Part shown: one piece after another, positions 16,006-16,310 of the stretch
Layout: the number at the start of each line of letters is the position of its first letter
Position numbering within the stretch: position 1 is the stretch's first letter
DNA from: Coleofasciculus sp. B1-GNL1-01
Lineage (GTDB): Bacteria; Cyanobacteriota; Cyanobacteriia; Cyanobacteriales; Coleofasciculaceae
Reading direction: 5' to 3' (one strand)
Length of the DNA stretch: 16,310 nt
Assembly: GCA_040220235.1 (NCBI GenBank)
Contig: JAVJTO010000160.1
Program-made: the position numbers and the translations under genes
Notes under the pieces: generated by a model
Told to the model about the DNA's origin: nothing
What the model saw: the letters and a program-made list of their open reading frames with translations, nothing else
Databases searched by the model: none

Positions 16006-16310
16006 TCAGTCGGGGCTTTGGGTTTCTACCTGAATGAAATATTTTTTGTTCATTTTTTCATTGAGTGATTGATTTCTTTTCCATTGCCTTGGAGTTTTAA
16101 TATCCCACACCAAACCGAACCAATTCAAACCGTTCAAAATGTACCAGGCTATATCAATTTCCCACCAGACAAATCCGTGACGCGCCGAGCTAGGATCGTA
16201 ATGATGGTTGTTATGAAACCCCTCTCCTAATGACACCAGTCCAAAGAGCCAAAGATTGCGGCTGTGATCGGAAGTCTCGAAGCGTCGGTATCCACTAACG
16301 CCGTGACAGG
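16006..16310 (-). CDS. Acyl-lipid/acyl-CoA (delta-9-type) fatty acid desaturase, 3' part (5' end outside the window)
   Basis: The frame stays open to the window edge and reads CHGVSGYRRFETSDHSRNLWLFGLVSLGEGFHNNHHYDPSSARHGFVWWEID. This includes the third His box GEG.HNNHH of DesC/OLE1-like desaturases. Confidence 0.92.
   Translation of the reverse strand, partial: CHGVSGYRRFETSDHSRNLWLFGLVSLGEGFHNNHHYDPSSARHGFVWWEIDIAWYILNGLNWFGLVWDIKTPRQWKRNQSLNEKMNKKYFIQVETQSPD

Noticed and set aside
16006..16236. Desaturase as a 76-aa truncated gene or pseudogene
   Set aside because: The reading frame stays open to the window edge with conserved desaturase sequence, so the truncation is a window artefact.
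14461..16310. Absence of HIP1 sites as evidence of horizontal acquisition of the desaturase pair
   Set aside because: The gap is under 2 kb, and a longer HIP1-free stretch occurs at the start of the window, so it is not informative.

Overview
This is a 16.3 kb window from a cyanobacterial chromosome: at least 13 HIP1 GCGATCGC octamers, heptameric STRR-type repeats and cyanobacterial gene families. The repeat style suggests a filamentous Coleofasciculus/Moorena-like organism, which is inference. It has ten complete CDS and one partial CDS: a DUF421 membrane protein, a 2-TM hypothetical protein, a large patatin-like/DUF3376 protein, a membrane-anchored GTPase, a TPR protein, a single-domain response regulator, an ABC-2-type permease, a DUF3598 protein, an ethylene-receptor-like hybrid histidine kinase, a Cys/His-rich membrane protein and the 3' end of an acyl-lipid desaturase. 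There is no transposase, RNA gene or CRISPR array. Most intergenic spacers instead hold miniature, often nested, non-autonomous elements: TA-ended MITE-like elements, a GGCTCTCCCG-ended MITE family present twice, GTAG-REP-like hairpins and 23-24 nt micro-elements. The most notable observations are: (i) a 24-nt hairpin micro-element apparently inserted in frame in the DUF3598 gene with a 6-bp duplication; (ii) a receptor kinase with all seven ETR1 ethylene/Cu-binding residues at identical spacing and a full PAS-PAS-HK-REC-REC-Hpt relay; (iii) an uncharacterised HExxH/CxxC membrane protein closely coupled to a desaturase. All calls come from reading the sequence and from family knowledge; no searches were run.
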